Source of the DNA: Octopus bimaculoides
Taxonomy: Eukaryota
Assembly: GCF_001194135.2 (NCBI RefSeq)
Contig: NC_068985.1
Span: forward strand, 66,074,939-66,121,914
DNA length: 46,976 bases
Direction: 5' to 3'
Part shown: positions 1-10,327 of the stretch, piece after piece
Layout of the letters: each line of letters starts with the position of its first letter
Position numbering within the stretch: position 1 is the first letter of the stretch
Program-made: the position numbers and the translations under genes
Notes under the pieces: generated by a model
Told to the model about the DNA's origin: nothing
The model's database searches: none
What the model saw: only the letters and a program-made list of their open reading frames with translations

Positions 1-560
1 ATTTTTCTGTCAACATTACATATTTCAGTAATTGACCAGTTAACGATATTGAAACTAAGTCACGACTGGTATGGCTAGAGCACTGATCGCTTCGATCCTG
101 TTTCTTGCGTTTAGCTCTGTCTTCAGTATTGCTCTCACCCTGCGATAACATTCTCTTCTGATCCTTTCCCTCATCACTGAATGCTTGATATTGTCCCCTT
201 CAATTACCCCTATTTGTAGCTCTCCGCTGGTTCTAACTATTTTATGACATTTTGCTGATCAAGGTTCACGTTAGATGTTTTTGTCATTTTTCCTTTGATA
301 AAGGTAGCTTTTGCACATTTATCAAGGCCAAATTGCATCCTGATGTCATCACTGAATTGTTTAACAATCGCTAGTAGGCCTTTGTAATTTTTGCAAATAG
401 CTTTAAATCATCCATATAAATGAGATGATTTATATTTTTATCAAACATTTTATAACCATACTGTGTATCACTGAGCAATTTTGAGAGAGGTATTAAGGCT
501 AGACAAAAGAGGATTGGTGATAGTAAGTCATTCTGGAAAATCCCACATGAAATTCTTACA
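1..560 (-). mobile_element. R4/Dong-clade non-LTR retrotransposon, reverse transcriptase fragment (decayed, 5'-truncated, continues off the window start)
   Basis: Minus-strand translation gives GIFQNDLLSPILFCLALIPLSKLL...INHLIYMDDLKLFAK...VKQFSDDIRMQFGLDKCAKATF, with frameshifts. This matches the GIFQGDSLSP / YMDDLKL / FGLDKCA pattern of R4/Dong RTs. The truncation point abuts an (ATT)n run at ~560-576. Confidence 0.85.
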
Positions 561-649
561 TTATTATTATTATTATTTTATGATATAATTGAAATCCAAA
601 ACACAATTTTTGATGACGCGAAATTACTAATGATCATTAGTCTCTCTCG

Positions 650-735
650 TTTCTCGTATTTACTATGTACCAGTTGAGTACTGCCGTCGATGTGATCGAC
701 TGTCTCCCTCCTCTCTGATTCCAGGCCTTGTGCTG
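650..735 (+). mobile_element. Degenerate SINE 3' fragment ending in an (ATT)n tail
   Basis: gtaccagttgagtactgccgtcgatgtgatcgac...caggccttgtg is similar to the fragment at 3492-3612 and runs into (ATT)n. Confidence 0.55.
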
Positions 736-796
<61 letters not shown>

Positions 797-852
797 TTTT
801 TATTATTATTATTATCATCATCATCATCATCATCATCATTATNNNNNNNNNN

Positions 853-893
<41 letters not shown>
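736..893. repeat. (ATT)n/(ATC)n microsatellite with a small gap
   Basis: Seen directly. Confidence 0.97.
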
Positions 894-896
<3 letters not shown>

Positions 897-965
897 CGTC
901 TTGACTACCCGTCTTGACTACCCGTCTTGACTACCCGTCTTGACTACCCGTCTTGACTACCCGTC
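893..965. repeat. Tandem repeat of the 13-mer TTGACTACCCGTC (5 full copies plus one partial)
   Basis: Exact units at 901-913, 914-926, 927-939, 940-952 and 953-965; partial unit at 893-900. Confidence 0.97.
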
Positions 966-1429
966 TGTTAAAGGTACACCAGACACATGCATCATAACCA
1001 TATGTGCGCGACATAGTGATCTCATATCAAGATAAACAGCGCATGTCCTTGCAGGTGGAGCTCAGTTAGAATTTTCTTCAGGTTGAGTAGCCCATCCCGC
1101 TCAAATGGTCTCTGAATTATGTTTGTTTGAGGATGTTGAACGAAACACCTATGCTTCCCAAAGTGAATTATTCAAACTCCAAAGAATTCCTCTCAACACA
1201 TGGCTACGATGCTCCCTCACTACTTATGCTCGTGATCAGAGATGCACATATCGTCAGCCACTAACGGACATGCTCAAGGTCAAACAACTGACAAGCAAAT
1301 CTGTGGTATTGAGCAGAATATTTGCTGTAGCCCGTCTTTTATACCAAGACAAAACAATGTACATGATAACACTTCCAATCAGTTAAGATCAGAAGCCATG
1401 GGAGCCACTACCTGGTACTGAATCAGGGC
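893..1429 (-). mobile_element. Non-autonomous interspersed repeat, copy 1 (truncated), same family as 3633-4191
   Basis: 966-1429 aligns colinearly, at high similarity by eye, with 3718-4191 (ggtacacca...catcagggc). No credible ORF. The strand is inferred from the (TAA)n polarity of the Dong fragment at 1-560. Confidence 0.8.
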
Positions 1430-1928
1430 TAAACTGCTTCATGCTACATTAGTTTTGTGGTAACAAGTCTCTTCAAATCTCAATCTTTCATAGTATTCTT
1501 GCAGATTACGGGATTGCATTTTTCTGCATATTGTTTCTTCTAGTACGAAGAAACAACAGGGTAACGTTGTGAGTAGGAGAGGTTGGTAAAATGAAAAGGG
1601 AGAGTGAAGTACAGTTTCAAAATAAAACAGAGGCTGGAAAGGTAAAAGGGCAGAGTGAAGGATATTATCAGAATAAAAGAGGGGAAACTAAACTAAGGGA
1701 AGAGAAGTTAGTATAAGTCAAAGCACATGATAGGAAGAAATAAAAGAAAATAACAATTGAGAAATGAAAAAGAAAAACGAAAAAATGAAATGCAAAGCTG
1801 ACACAATGTTAAAGGGTTAGATTCTAACAGATTACATGAACTGTTAGGAAACCTACGTTCTTAAATCGAAAAAATACCCCAAAATTCTCTTTAGGAATCA
1901 TACAGAAATTACCAAGGTCAGATAGGTT

Positions 1929-1931
1929 TAG

Positions 1932-1990
<59 letters not shown>

Positions 1991-2185
1991 GGATAGATAG
2001 GGGGACAGATAGCCAGATAGCTGGATAGATAAATAGAAAGATAAATGGATAGACAGATAGATAGATAAATGGATAGACAGACAGACGGATAGATAGATAG
2101 ATACATGCATACAGATATAGATAGATAGGTAGATAGAGGGATAGATAGACGGATAGATAGAGGGATAGATAGACGGATAGATAGA
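1929..2185. repeat. (ATAG)n tetranucleotide microsatellite, partly degenerate
   Basis: Seen directly; explains the YLSI-repeat ORFs. Confidence 0.97.
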
Positions 2186-2690
2186 TGGGACCTACTAGTG
2201 GCGTCTGGTTTGTGTATAACCTTGCTACTAGTTCTTGTGTTAAGAATAATTTAACGTACGTTAGCGCTTTCGGATCAAGGATCATTCACCAGACGTTCCA
2301 TATGGTGGTTATTGCTCGTTGGTCAAAAGCTCCGGAAGCAGTAGATGAATTTCCAGCCGTTAAGTTCATTCCGGCGGTTGAAGCTTGGTGTTCTCTTCTT
2401 GATGGAATGTGCTTCCTTTATTCGTAGGTTGACTGTATCTATTCCACTTGCCTGTGTACGGGTGGCAATCCCTATCATAGTGCTGATGGTGTTGGAATAC
2501 GGCGCTGGGTGGTGTGGCCTTGTAGGGGTGTTCCTTCACTCTGACGTGAAGCTGTCGTTTTGTCGATCCTATATATGTTTCACCGCAAGTACATATCATT
2601 TCGTATATCACGTAAGTTTCAAGGCATAGTTGGACGCTGTCCATTGGCTGTTTTTCTTTGAAAGGGTATTGATTCAAATAGCATGTGTCC
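2186..2690 (-). mobile_element. Penelope-like element 3' end: GIY-YIG endonuclease plus 3' non-coding region
   Basis: The ORF 2366-2677 contains YVIYEMICTCGETYIGSTKRQLHVRVKEH. After a frameshift it continues LRIKEAHSIKKRTPSFN. This is the PLE GIY-YIG pattern Y..C.C...YIG.T.R.L..R..EH...L.I.EA..I....P.LN. Confidence 0.85.
2258..2296 (-). ncRNA. Minimal type I hammerhead ribozyme, degenerate (core CUGGUGA)
   Basis: Minus strand reads ACGU-CUGGUGA-AUGAUCCUUGAUCC-GAAA-GCGC-UA-ACGU: a 4-bp stem I, a GAUC/GAUC stem II and a palindromic stem III. It lies just downstream of the PLE GIY-YIG coding region. Confidence 0.7.
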
Positions 2691-2699
2691 AGTGTGTTA

Positions 2700-3490
2700 T
2701 TATTGTGGGAGAGGTCGTGTCACATTATCCTCAATTCCAATATCCTTCAGCCTCTTAGGTAGGAGTTAGCATGTTGTGCGAAGTGCACGTATTTCCACAT
2801 AATCATCTTAGTCTTCCAGTCACTTCATCTCCCCGAAAAGGTCCTGATATTATTCAATTTTTCAGTTTCTTTGGCATATACTCTATTATATAGTATTGTA
2901 AAGTCTATGACCTTACATTATTTCTATTGTCTTCTCTAATCATATCTGGTCATTCTACTTTAATATCAGAGTCAGTCACTATGTAGCAGTCCCTCCACAT
3001 TTTGTAATTCTTATTCTGTCACGACCTCTGGTTCATGTTCATATCCCTTTTCTGTGACTTGGACTCCACATACTAGGCTAACATACAAATTAAATCTTTT
3101 ACCTACCCTGTCATCCCTGCTCTTATACTCTTTTTGCGCTAGCTTTCTGCATTTACCGAATAGATAGCTAATACTTTCATGTCCTTCCCGCAGTTTCTGC
3201 GTTTGCTCGCTGACTGAGTCTACGTCTTTATCAAATCCGCCCTAATGGCTTCTTCCCAAGCGGCTACAATCAGCGATTTGATATTCCTTTGCAGGTCTCT
3301 GCCATCAGCCACAACGAACATTCTTTATTTCCAACATCCTCTATTTGTTGCATGAATTTCTCATGCAATTCATTCTCTTTCCAGCTCCTTGTTCTGTTTT
3401 TCTTCCTTCTGTTCTTGAAAACTCCTAATGTTTCAATAACCGTTTGTACATTTCTAGCCACCGGTAGCATTCTTTCTTCACTATGTACAA
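2700..3490 (-). mobile_element. R4/Dong-clade LINE C-terminal fragment (post-RT region, CCHC knuckle remnant, restriction-like endonuclease)
   Basis: Minus-strand translation across frameshifts gives RSWKENELHEKFMQQIE...SLWL...LIVAAWEEAI...CRKLAQKEYKSRDDRV...YEHEPEVVTE...VTDSDIKVE*PDMI...VEIRALRT. This matches WKEK.LHGQF / AAQEQA / LA.KEYK.RHD.V / YEH.PE / RPDIV / VIGALGT. Confidence 0.85.
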
Positions 3491-3491
3491 C

Positions 3492-3612
3492 ATGATTTTG
3501 CCTTTCATCCTTCCGGGGTCGATACAATAAGTACCAGTGAGACACTGGGGTCTATGTAATCGACTAATCCCCTCCCACCAAATTTCAGGCATTTTACCTT
3601 CAGTAGAAAGTA
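3492..3612 (+). mobile_element. SINE 3' fragment ending in (ATT)n
   Basis: tttgcctttcatccttccggggtcgatacaataagtaccagt...actggggtc...taatcgact is a conserved SINE central-domain-like block, recognised from memory, followed by an (ATT)n tail. Confidence 0.65.
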
Positions 3613-3632
3613 TTATTATTATTATTATTATT

Positions 3633-4191
3633 GAGTGAGAGAGCAGTGCGTGCCATCAAAGTGACGCTTGGATACAATTATACGAAGCTCAGTATACTCT
3701 CCACGACTAATCGTCTGATAAGGGTACACCAGGCACATGCATTACAACCATATGTGCGCGGCATGGTGATCTTATATCAAGATAAACAGCGCATGACCTT
3801 GCAGGTGGGGCCTAGTTAGAATTTTCTTCAGGTTGAGTAGCCCATCCGTTCAAAATGTCCCTGAATAAGGGTTGTCTGAGGATGTTGAACGAAACACCCA
3901 TATTTCTAGAGGTGAATTATCTAAACCCCAAAGGATTCCTCTCAACACATGGCTATGATGCTCCCTCACTACTTCTGCTCGTGATCAGAGATGTACATAT
4001 CGTCAGCCACTAAGGGACATACTCAACTCGTTAATATCAAGCAACGGACAAGCAAATCTGTGATATTGAGTAGAATATTTGCTGTAGCCCATCTTTTATA
4101 CGAACACAAAACAATGTACATGATAACACTTCACTTCCAATCAATTAAGATCAGAAGCCATGAGAGCCACTGCCTGGCACTGCATCAGGGC
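3633..4191 (-). mobile_element. Non-autonomous interspersed repeat, copy 2 (~560 bp, apparently complete), flanked by (ATT)n on both sides
   Basis: Begins gagtgagagagcagtgc right after (ATT)n, ends catcagggc right before an ATT-rich run, and is homologous to 966-1429. Confidence 0.85.
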
Positions 4192-4247
4192 ATTTATCAT
4201 TATTGTTATTATTATCATTATTATTATCATCATCATCATCATCATCA

Positions 4248-4321
<74 letters not shown>

Positions 4322-4436
4322 GCTTTTGTTGTTACTATTGTTGTTGTTGTTGTTACTTTTGTTGTTGTTGCTGTTATAATGATGGTGATGATGATGAGAC
4401 ATCACCATCTTCATCATCCTCACCACCACCATCGTT
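4192..4436. repeat. Compound trinucleotide microsatellite (ATT/ATC/GTT/GAT/CAT)
   Basis: Seen directly. Confidence 0.95.
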
Positions 4437-4544
4437 AGCGTCGTCTATAAAGTTGTTATCAAAGAGTTGTCAACATGATTAGACTAGAATATTTTATATT
4501 TGATAAAATAAAATTTTCCCCCTACTCTGTCTCTGTTTCTGTAC

Positions 4545-4546
4545 AT

Positions 4547-4629
<83 letters not shown>

Positions 4630-4650
4630 CACAAATACATACACATATGT
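4545..4650. repeat. (CA)n microsatellite
   Basis: Seen directly. Confidence 0.97.
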
Positions 4651-5738
4651 GTGCGCATGTGTGCATATACAAAATGAAGCACAGATATACAATAGTGCAT
4701 GCACCCTCACATAAACATACATGATCATATCTATAGCTAGCAGCCAAATAATATAAAAAAGAAGGGTAATGAAAATTTTTAGAAATGTTTATTCTCTGAT
4801 ATATGTTATTGATTTTTTTAATTCAACATCTTTGTTATCTTTGCTGCTAAAATAAGAGAAATATATTCTTTGATGAGCCTTTGCATTAATCAAGTTAACA
4901 CGGAAAACACTTATTATCACTTTATATAATCTCGGATAAAAGTTGAAAAGCAATATAAATACAAAACAGTTATAAAAAAAACAAAAAAAAAATAGTTGCG
5001 AAAGTAGTTGCAGTGGTAGGAACATCAATATTCACAACTACGATGCAAAACTACAATTTTAATAGCGATCAACAGAAATGTCAATGATGAAGTAAAAGTA
5101 TTTTATGAAATATTGGAAAGTAATTATAGTTTTCTTAGAAACTCTCTTCTACAAGCTGAGTGATTTATCATATAGTGACGAAAAGATGGATAAGACTGGG
5201 AAAATGAGTATGATGTGATTTTGTTCTCAGTTGCCGCATTGTTTACCGCGCACACGAAATATTTGGATATATATTTTGTACCTTATTAATATCTCGAACA
5301 GTTTTAAGCTGATTACAACACATTAATACCGAGGAAATAGAATTGTTATCTTGATACATTGAAAATCGATATTGAAATCTAAAAAGGAAATTAGATTTAC
5401 TATAATTATCGAACAATAATTTCAATAATTTTCTTTTTTTTTCTCAAATTAAGTAGAGGCAATTATTACATGCTTTAGGAAAGACTAAATATGAAAGCAG
5501 AATAAAATAAAATTAATTAAAGCTGAACAGAAATGATGCATAAATTCATGTATCAATCTTCTACGTATATTGCATCAGTCGTATATATTTGTTTTAAAAA
5601 AAACATGCGCGTACATAAACATGACTTATGTGATAGCAAACACCGGGGAAATGAAAGCAATTTCGAAAATTGATGAATGTAAGAGCAGAAAATTATATAA
5701 ATTACATAGTATATATGAACAGACAACATTAGGTTTGA

Positions 5739-5784
<46 letters not shown>

Positions 5785-5925
5785 ACACACACGCACACGC
5801 ACATATACACACATATACACATACATGCACACACATATATATATGCGTGTGTGTGTGTATGTGTGCGTGTCCGCGTATGTGTCTGTGTGTATATATATAT
5901 ATAAATATGTAAGTATGTATGTATG

Positions 5926-5961
<36 letters not shown>

Positions 5962-6023
5962 TACATATANNNNNNNNNNNNNNNNNNNNNNNNNNNNNNN
6001 NNNNNNNNNNNNNNNNNNNNNNN

Positions 6024-6063
<40 letters not shown>

Positions 6064-6160
6064 CACATACATATGTATATTTATACTTGTGTATATGATC
6101 ATAAATAAATATGTATATGTATGTATGTGTGTGTGTTTGCATATGTGTGTTTGTATGTAT
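5739..6160. repeat. Compound (CA)n/(TG)n/(TA)n microsatellite around a gap
   Basis: Seen directly. Confidence 0.95.
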
Positions 6161-6274
6161 ACGAATTCTATTTAAATCCACAATGAAAGTATGAAACAAG
6201 AAGTGACATTAAACTGAATTAACAGCTTACATTTGTAAGGACTTCGCTAGGTAAAGGGAAATTGAATTACAAGA

Positions 6275-6292
6275 ATAATGATAATAGCAATA

Positions 6293-6335
<43 letters not shown>

Positions 6336-6482
6336 GCAACAGCAGTAGAAATAAGTAGGAGGAGAGGGGGTGAGGAAGAGGAGGAGGAGAGGAGAAGAAG
6401 AAGGAGGTNNNNNNNNNNGAAGAAGGAGGAGGAGGAGAAGAAGAAGAAGAAGAAGAAGAAGAAGAAGAAGAAGAAGAAGAAG

Positions 6483-6514
<32 letters not shown>

Positions 6515-6530
6515 GAAGAGGAAGAAGAAG
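6275..6530. repeat. (GAT)n then (GAG)n/(GAA)n microsatellites
   Basis: Seen directly. Confidence 0.95.
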
Positions 6531-6539
6531 AGCCCTCAG

Positions 6540-7970
6540 TAAGGAAATCCCTGACACAGTGAGAACTGCTCGTAACTGGAAGGCATCAGAAATAGATATG
6601 GTCTCCGACTCTAGGTTGAAACTCCTCACCAATACCAATGAACACAGCGGCTGCACGTAACGAAATACATAACAGATCAGTCTCATCACTTGACTGGATG
6701 CTAGTAAGGATAAAAACACTCTGACCCAACGCTATACACCCTCAAATTTATAGACCAGTAACATGCCTACCACTAACATATAAAGCTCTCATATCAATAG
6801 CGCACAATCGGTCAGTTACACATTGAGAAAACAGTAATACTTTACCAGAAAAAAAAAAAAAAAAAAAAAATGGATACCGGAAAGTTTTGCATAGTTGTGA
6901 AGTGTTGCTACTGCTGAACCGGGCCTTTATAAGAGATCGTAAAAAGGAAAACAAACCTCTCTCTTGTAAGGATTGACTGTCAGAAAGCTTTCGATAGTCA
7001 ACATGGTCACTAGAATACCACGTAAATGAAGTAGTCGCAATATTGCTGAAGTATATCAGTGGTGCAATGACTAAGTGGAAAACTAACCTAATATTGAAAA
7101 AATGGGAGAAGTCCATTCAAACCAGCCCCGTGTCCTTAAAAAGAGGAACTTTCTAAGGAGTCTCATTATCCTCCCTACTTTTCTTCCTTTACGACCCACC
7201 ACCAGGCACATATACTATGGACAAATTATAAATTATCTCATGTATAGGGTCGACTTTAAATCTTTTCAAGCAATTCTTTTATTCTTTTACTTGTTTCAGT
7301 CATTTGACTGTGGCCATGCTGGAGTACCGCCTTCAGACGAACAAATCGACCCCAAGACTTATTTTTTGTAAGACTAGTAGTTATTCTATCGGTTCCTTTT
7401 GCTGAACCGCTAAGTTACGGAGACACAAACACACCAATATCGGTTGTCAAGCGATGGCGGGGGGGGGGGAACACACACACACACACACACACACACACAG
7501 CACAGATGAGGATAAAATGTGCCAAGTTAACTTTAAGAAGAGATAAATTAACCAGTACTGAGAATATAGCACTAGCCATAGACACTGAAATTAGAAAATT
7601 AGGCCACAGTCACCTAGGAATAGACGAAACAGCTAAAATACAACACACAGAAATGAAAGAAAACGTATGGAAGAGTACAGCAGAAAAGTTAGACTAAAAC
7701 TAAAATTTGGACTTAATACTAGAAGATAAGGTTAAATATGCTACTTATACCAGTTATAAAATTTTAGACAAAAGAGAAAAAAAAGCAGGAAACTGTTAAC
7801 ATTTTATCGAAGTCATCAGCCCAAGCAGATTTAGATAGAACCTATCTTGCTTTCTTGGAGGATATGGTCTCACGCAAACAGAAATCTACTATGAAATAAC
7901 AACATTCAGACTGGAAAAATGTTTAGAAATTAAGAATGCCGAGTATTACCATATGAGGCTAACGATATTA
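6540..7970 (+). mobile_element. R4/Dong-clade LINE reverse transcriptase region, decayed, interrupted by a SINE at ~7275-7503
   Basis: Colinear motifs across frameshifts: RNWKASEIDM, RPVTCLPLTYKAL, RIDCQKAFDS, MTKWKTNL, KRGTF*G.SLS, YLMYRVDFKSF (the YMDD position). After the SINE: KCAKLTL...HLGIDE..KIQHTEMKE...EYSRKVRL.LK..LN and GGYGLTQTE. Confidence 0.85.
7275..7503 (-). mobile_element. SINE, 3' half (same family as 8421-8877), inserted in the Dong RT
   Basis: ttcttttacttgtttcagtcatttgactgtggccatgctggagtaccgcc...(CA)n aligns with 8431-8640. Confidence 0.9.
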
Positions 7971-8420
7971 GTAGTGAAAATATCACTGGTGATCTGCGTT
8001 TATGTCAACCTGAAGAGCTTATATAAGCGGACTCACAGGCACATACACAAACTACAATCACACGCTTGATGTCACAATGCTACCCAGCAAAATAAGCGGA
8101 CAGACAAAAATTCCTGAACAAAATGCCAGTCTGTTGCAAGGCCGAGATTATGGTGCTTTGTTAAGTACCAAGTTCTGCCGACAAAGTACTTGTGCTTGGC
8201 TGTTCAAGCATTTGAAGCAAGGTCTCATCTTCCAGATTTTTACATCAATGGTTTAAATCACATCAAATGTTTAATCAAATACACAGCCTTCCATGATTGT
8301 TTCCATTTGTCGTTTAGAAATATATTCGTTGACCGATAATTTAATAACTGTTTTTGCAAGTTGTTGAAGTTATCTAATGACCCAGCAGTTCCTTGAAGTT
8401 ACAGCTAATTTGAAATATAT

Positions 8421-8877
8421 ATTCTTTTCTTTTATTCTTTTACGTGTTTCAGTCATTTGATTGCAGCCATACTGGAGCATCGCCTTTAGCCGAAAAAATC
8501 GACCCCAAGATTTATTCTTTGTAAGCCTAGAGTACTATCAGTCTCTTTTGCCGAACTGTTATGTTACGGGGACGTAAACACAGCAGCACCAGTTGTCAAA
8601 CGGTGGGGACAAACAGATACACACATAAATACATTCACACACACACACATGCACACACACGCACATGCATACAAACACACACGCACACACACACGCACAC
8701 ACAGGCACATATATATACGACGGGCTTCTTTCGGTTTACGTCTATCAAATCCACTCACAAGACTTTGGTCGGCCCGAGGCTATAGTAGAAGACACTTGTC
8801 CAATGTGTCAAGCAGTGGGACTGAACTCAGAACCATGTTGAAAGGCAAGCTTCTTACCACATAGCCACGCCTGCGCC
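8421..8877 (-). mobile_element. Full-length tRNA-derived SINE with an internal (TG)n and an AAAG/AATA-rich tail
   Basis: Minus-strand head ggcgcaggcgtggctatgtggtaag, A-box-like TGGCTATGTGG (8857-8867), B-box-like GAGTTCAGTCCC (8817-8828), and a 3' tail ...atgactgaaacacgtaaaagaataaaag. Confidence 0.9.
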
Positions 8878-8914
8878 TATATATTCACTTATTCTCAATT
8901 TTTCTTACACTTAC

Positions 8915-9070
8915 ATGCATATATGTATACATGTATACATACATGCATGCCTGTATACATACATACATACATACATACATACATACATACATACATACAT
9001 ACATACATACATACATAAAATAATATTCACATACATACATGCCATACTTACATGAATACATACTTACTCA
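8915..9070. repeat. (CATA)n microsatellite
   Basis: Seen directly. Confidence 0.95.
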
Positions 9071-9072
9071 TA

Positions 9073-10327
9073 CGAGGGTGGGCTGAAAAGTTCATAGGTT
9101 GTCTATGAAGGTGTGATACTAGGGCAGTGAAATCTTATATGCATTAATTTCAAATCTTGTTAATAACTGCATTGTTTCTTATAGGTAAACTGACATCGGA
9201 TTATTTAAAGAACACTTCAAATGTAACTACTAGTGACTTCTCTTGAAAATGGACAAAATTTGGCATCGTGGTCTTATGAAATATCTGCAGAAAAAGGCTT
9301 TAACCTAAAGCACATTCATACTGACAGGTTTGTTACATTAGGGGATGACACTCCAGCTTTACCAACTGTTCAAAAGTGGGTAGTTGAATTTTGGAGGGGA
9401 AGGGAGAGTATTGAAAATGACTCAAGATCTGGAAGTCCTGAAACCGCCATTACCGAGAACATTGATCGTGTTCACCACATAACGATGGATAAGAGACAAT
9501 TGGCTATAAACCAAATAACCGAAGCTATTAGCGTATCCTGTGAGGAACTTGAGAATATTCTGCAAAATGAACATGGCATGATGAAAGTTTCTGCTCGGTG
9601 GGTGCTACATCTTCTAACATCCGATCGAAAGTGCACCAGGCTGATCACATCCCGGAAAAATTTGACATTGTTTGAGGCAGATCCAGCTCGTTTTCCTTCA
9701 ATGTTTCCCGAGCTAGGATGAGTGTTGGGTTCATCATTTTGAATCAGAGACAAAGAGACAATTCATGCAGTGGAAACACCCGTTCTCACCTGCGCCAAAG
9801 AAGGCCAAGGTGGTTTCATCTTCAGGGAAATAGATGACCTCAGGTTTTGGGAAGCAGATTACCTCAGGTCTTGCGTTTATTGACTATCTTCAAAAGAGCC
9901 ACAGCATCAATAGAGAGTACTGTGCCAACTCATGACCAAAAACCCAAGAAAACTGATGAAAGGGCTCTCATATCATCAGGACAATGCTCCAGCACACAAG
10001 ACCTTGGAAGCTGTGCATGTCTATAGTTTTGAACTGGTCGATTCTCCTTATTTCATCCCATCACACTATAATCAGTTTCCCAACATGAAAAAACACTTGA
10101 CTGGGAAGTAGTATCGCAGTGCACAGTGATGATGACGCCATATCTGCCGTTGATGATGCTTTTGACCAACAGGATGAAAGCTTCTTCATCAATGGGATCG
10201 AAGTACTGTAACACTGACGGAAGAAGTGTGTGGACCGCAAGGGAGACTATGTCGAAAAATAAATCTCATTTGGTCACATCTCATGAAATTATCTTGGTCG
10301 CCCTATGAATTTTTCAGCCGACCCTCG
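9073..10327 (+). mobile_element. Near full-length mariner (Tc1/mariner) transposon with a pseudogenised transposase
   Basis: 26-bp TIRs cgagggtgggctgaaaagttcatagg (9073) and cctatgaatttttcagccgaccctcg (ends 10327) match at 24/26. Flanks are TA on the left and TG on the right. Motifs: KVSARWVLHLLT (WVPHEL), DECWVHHFESETKRQFMQW, HQDNAPAH and a degenerate YSPDL region. Several stops and frameshifts. Confidence 0.95.

Noticed and set aside
893-965. 13-mer array as a CRISPR or telomeric repeat
   Set aside because: There are no spacers, the sequence is eukaryotic, and the unit derives from the adjacent interspersed repeat.
1075-1260. CUGAAGA and CUGACGA motifs on the minus strand of the (TAA)n-flanked element
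   Set aside because: Neither is followed by a stem II plus GAAA.
8860-8877. tRNA gene at the SINE head
   Set aside because: A and B boxes are present but there is no cloverleaf; it is the head of a SINE.
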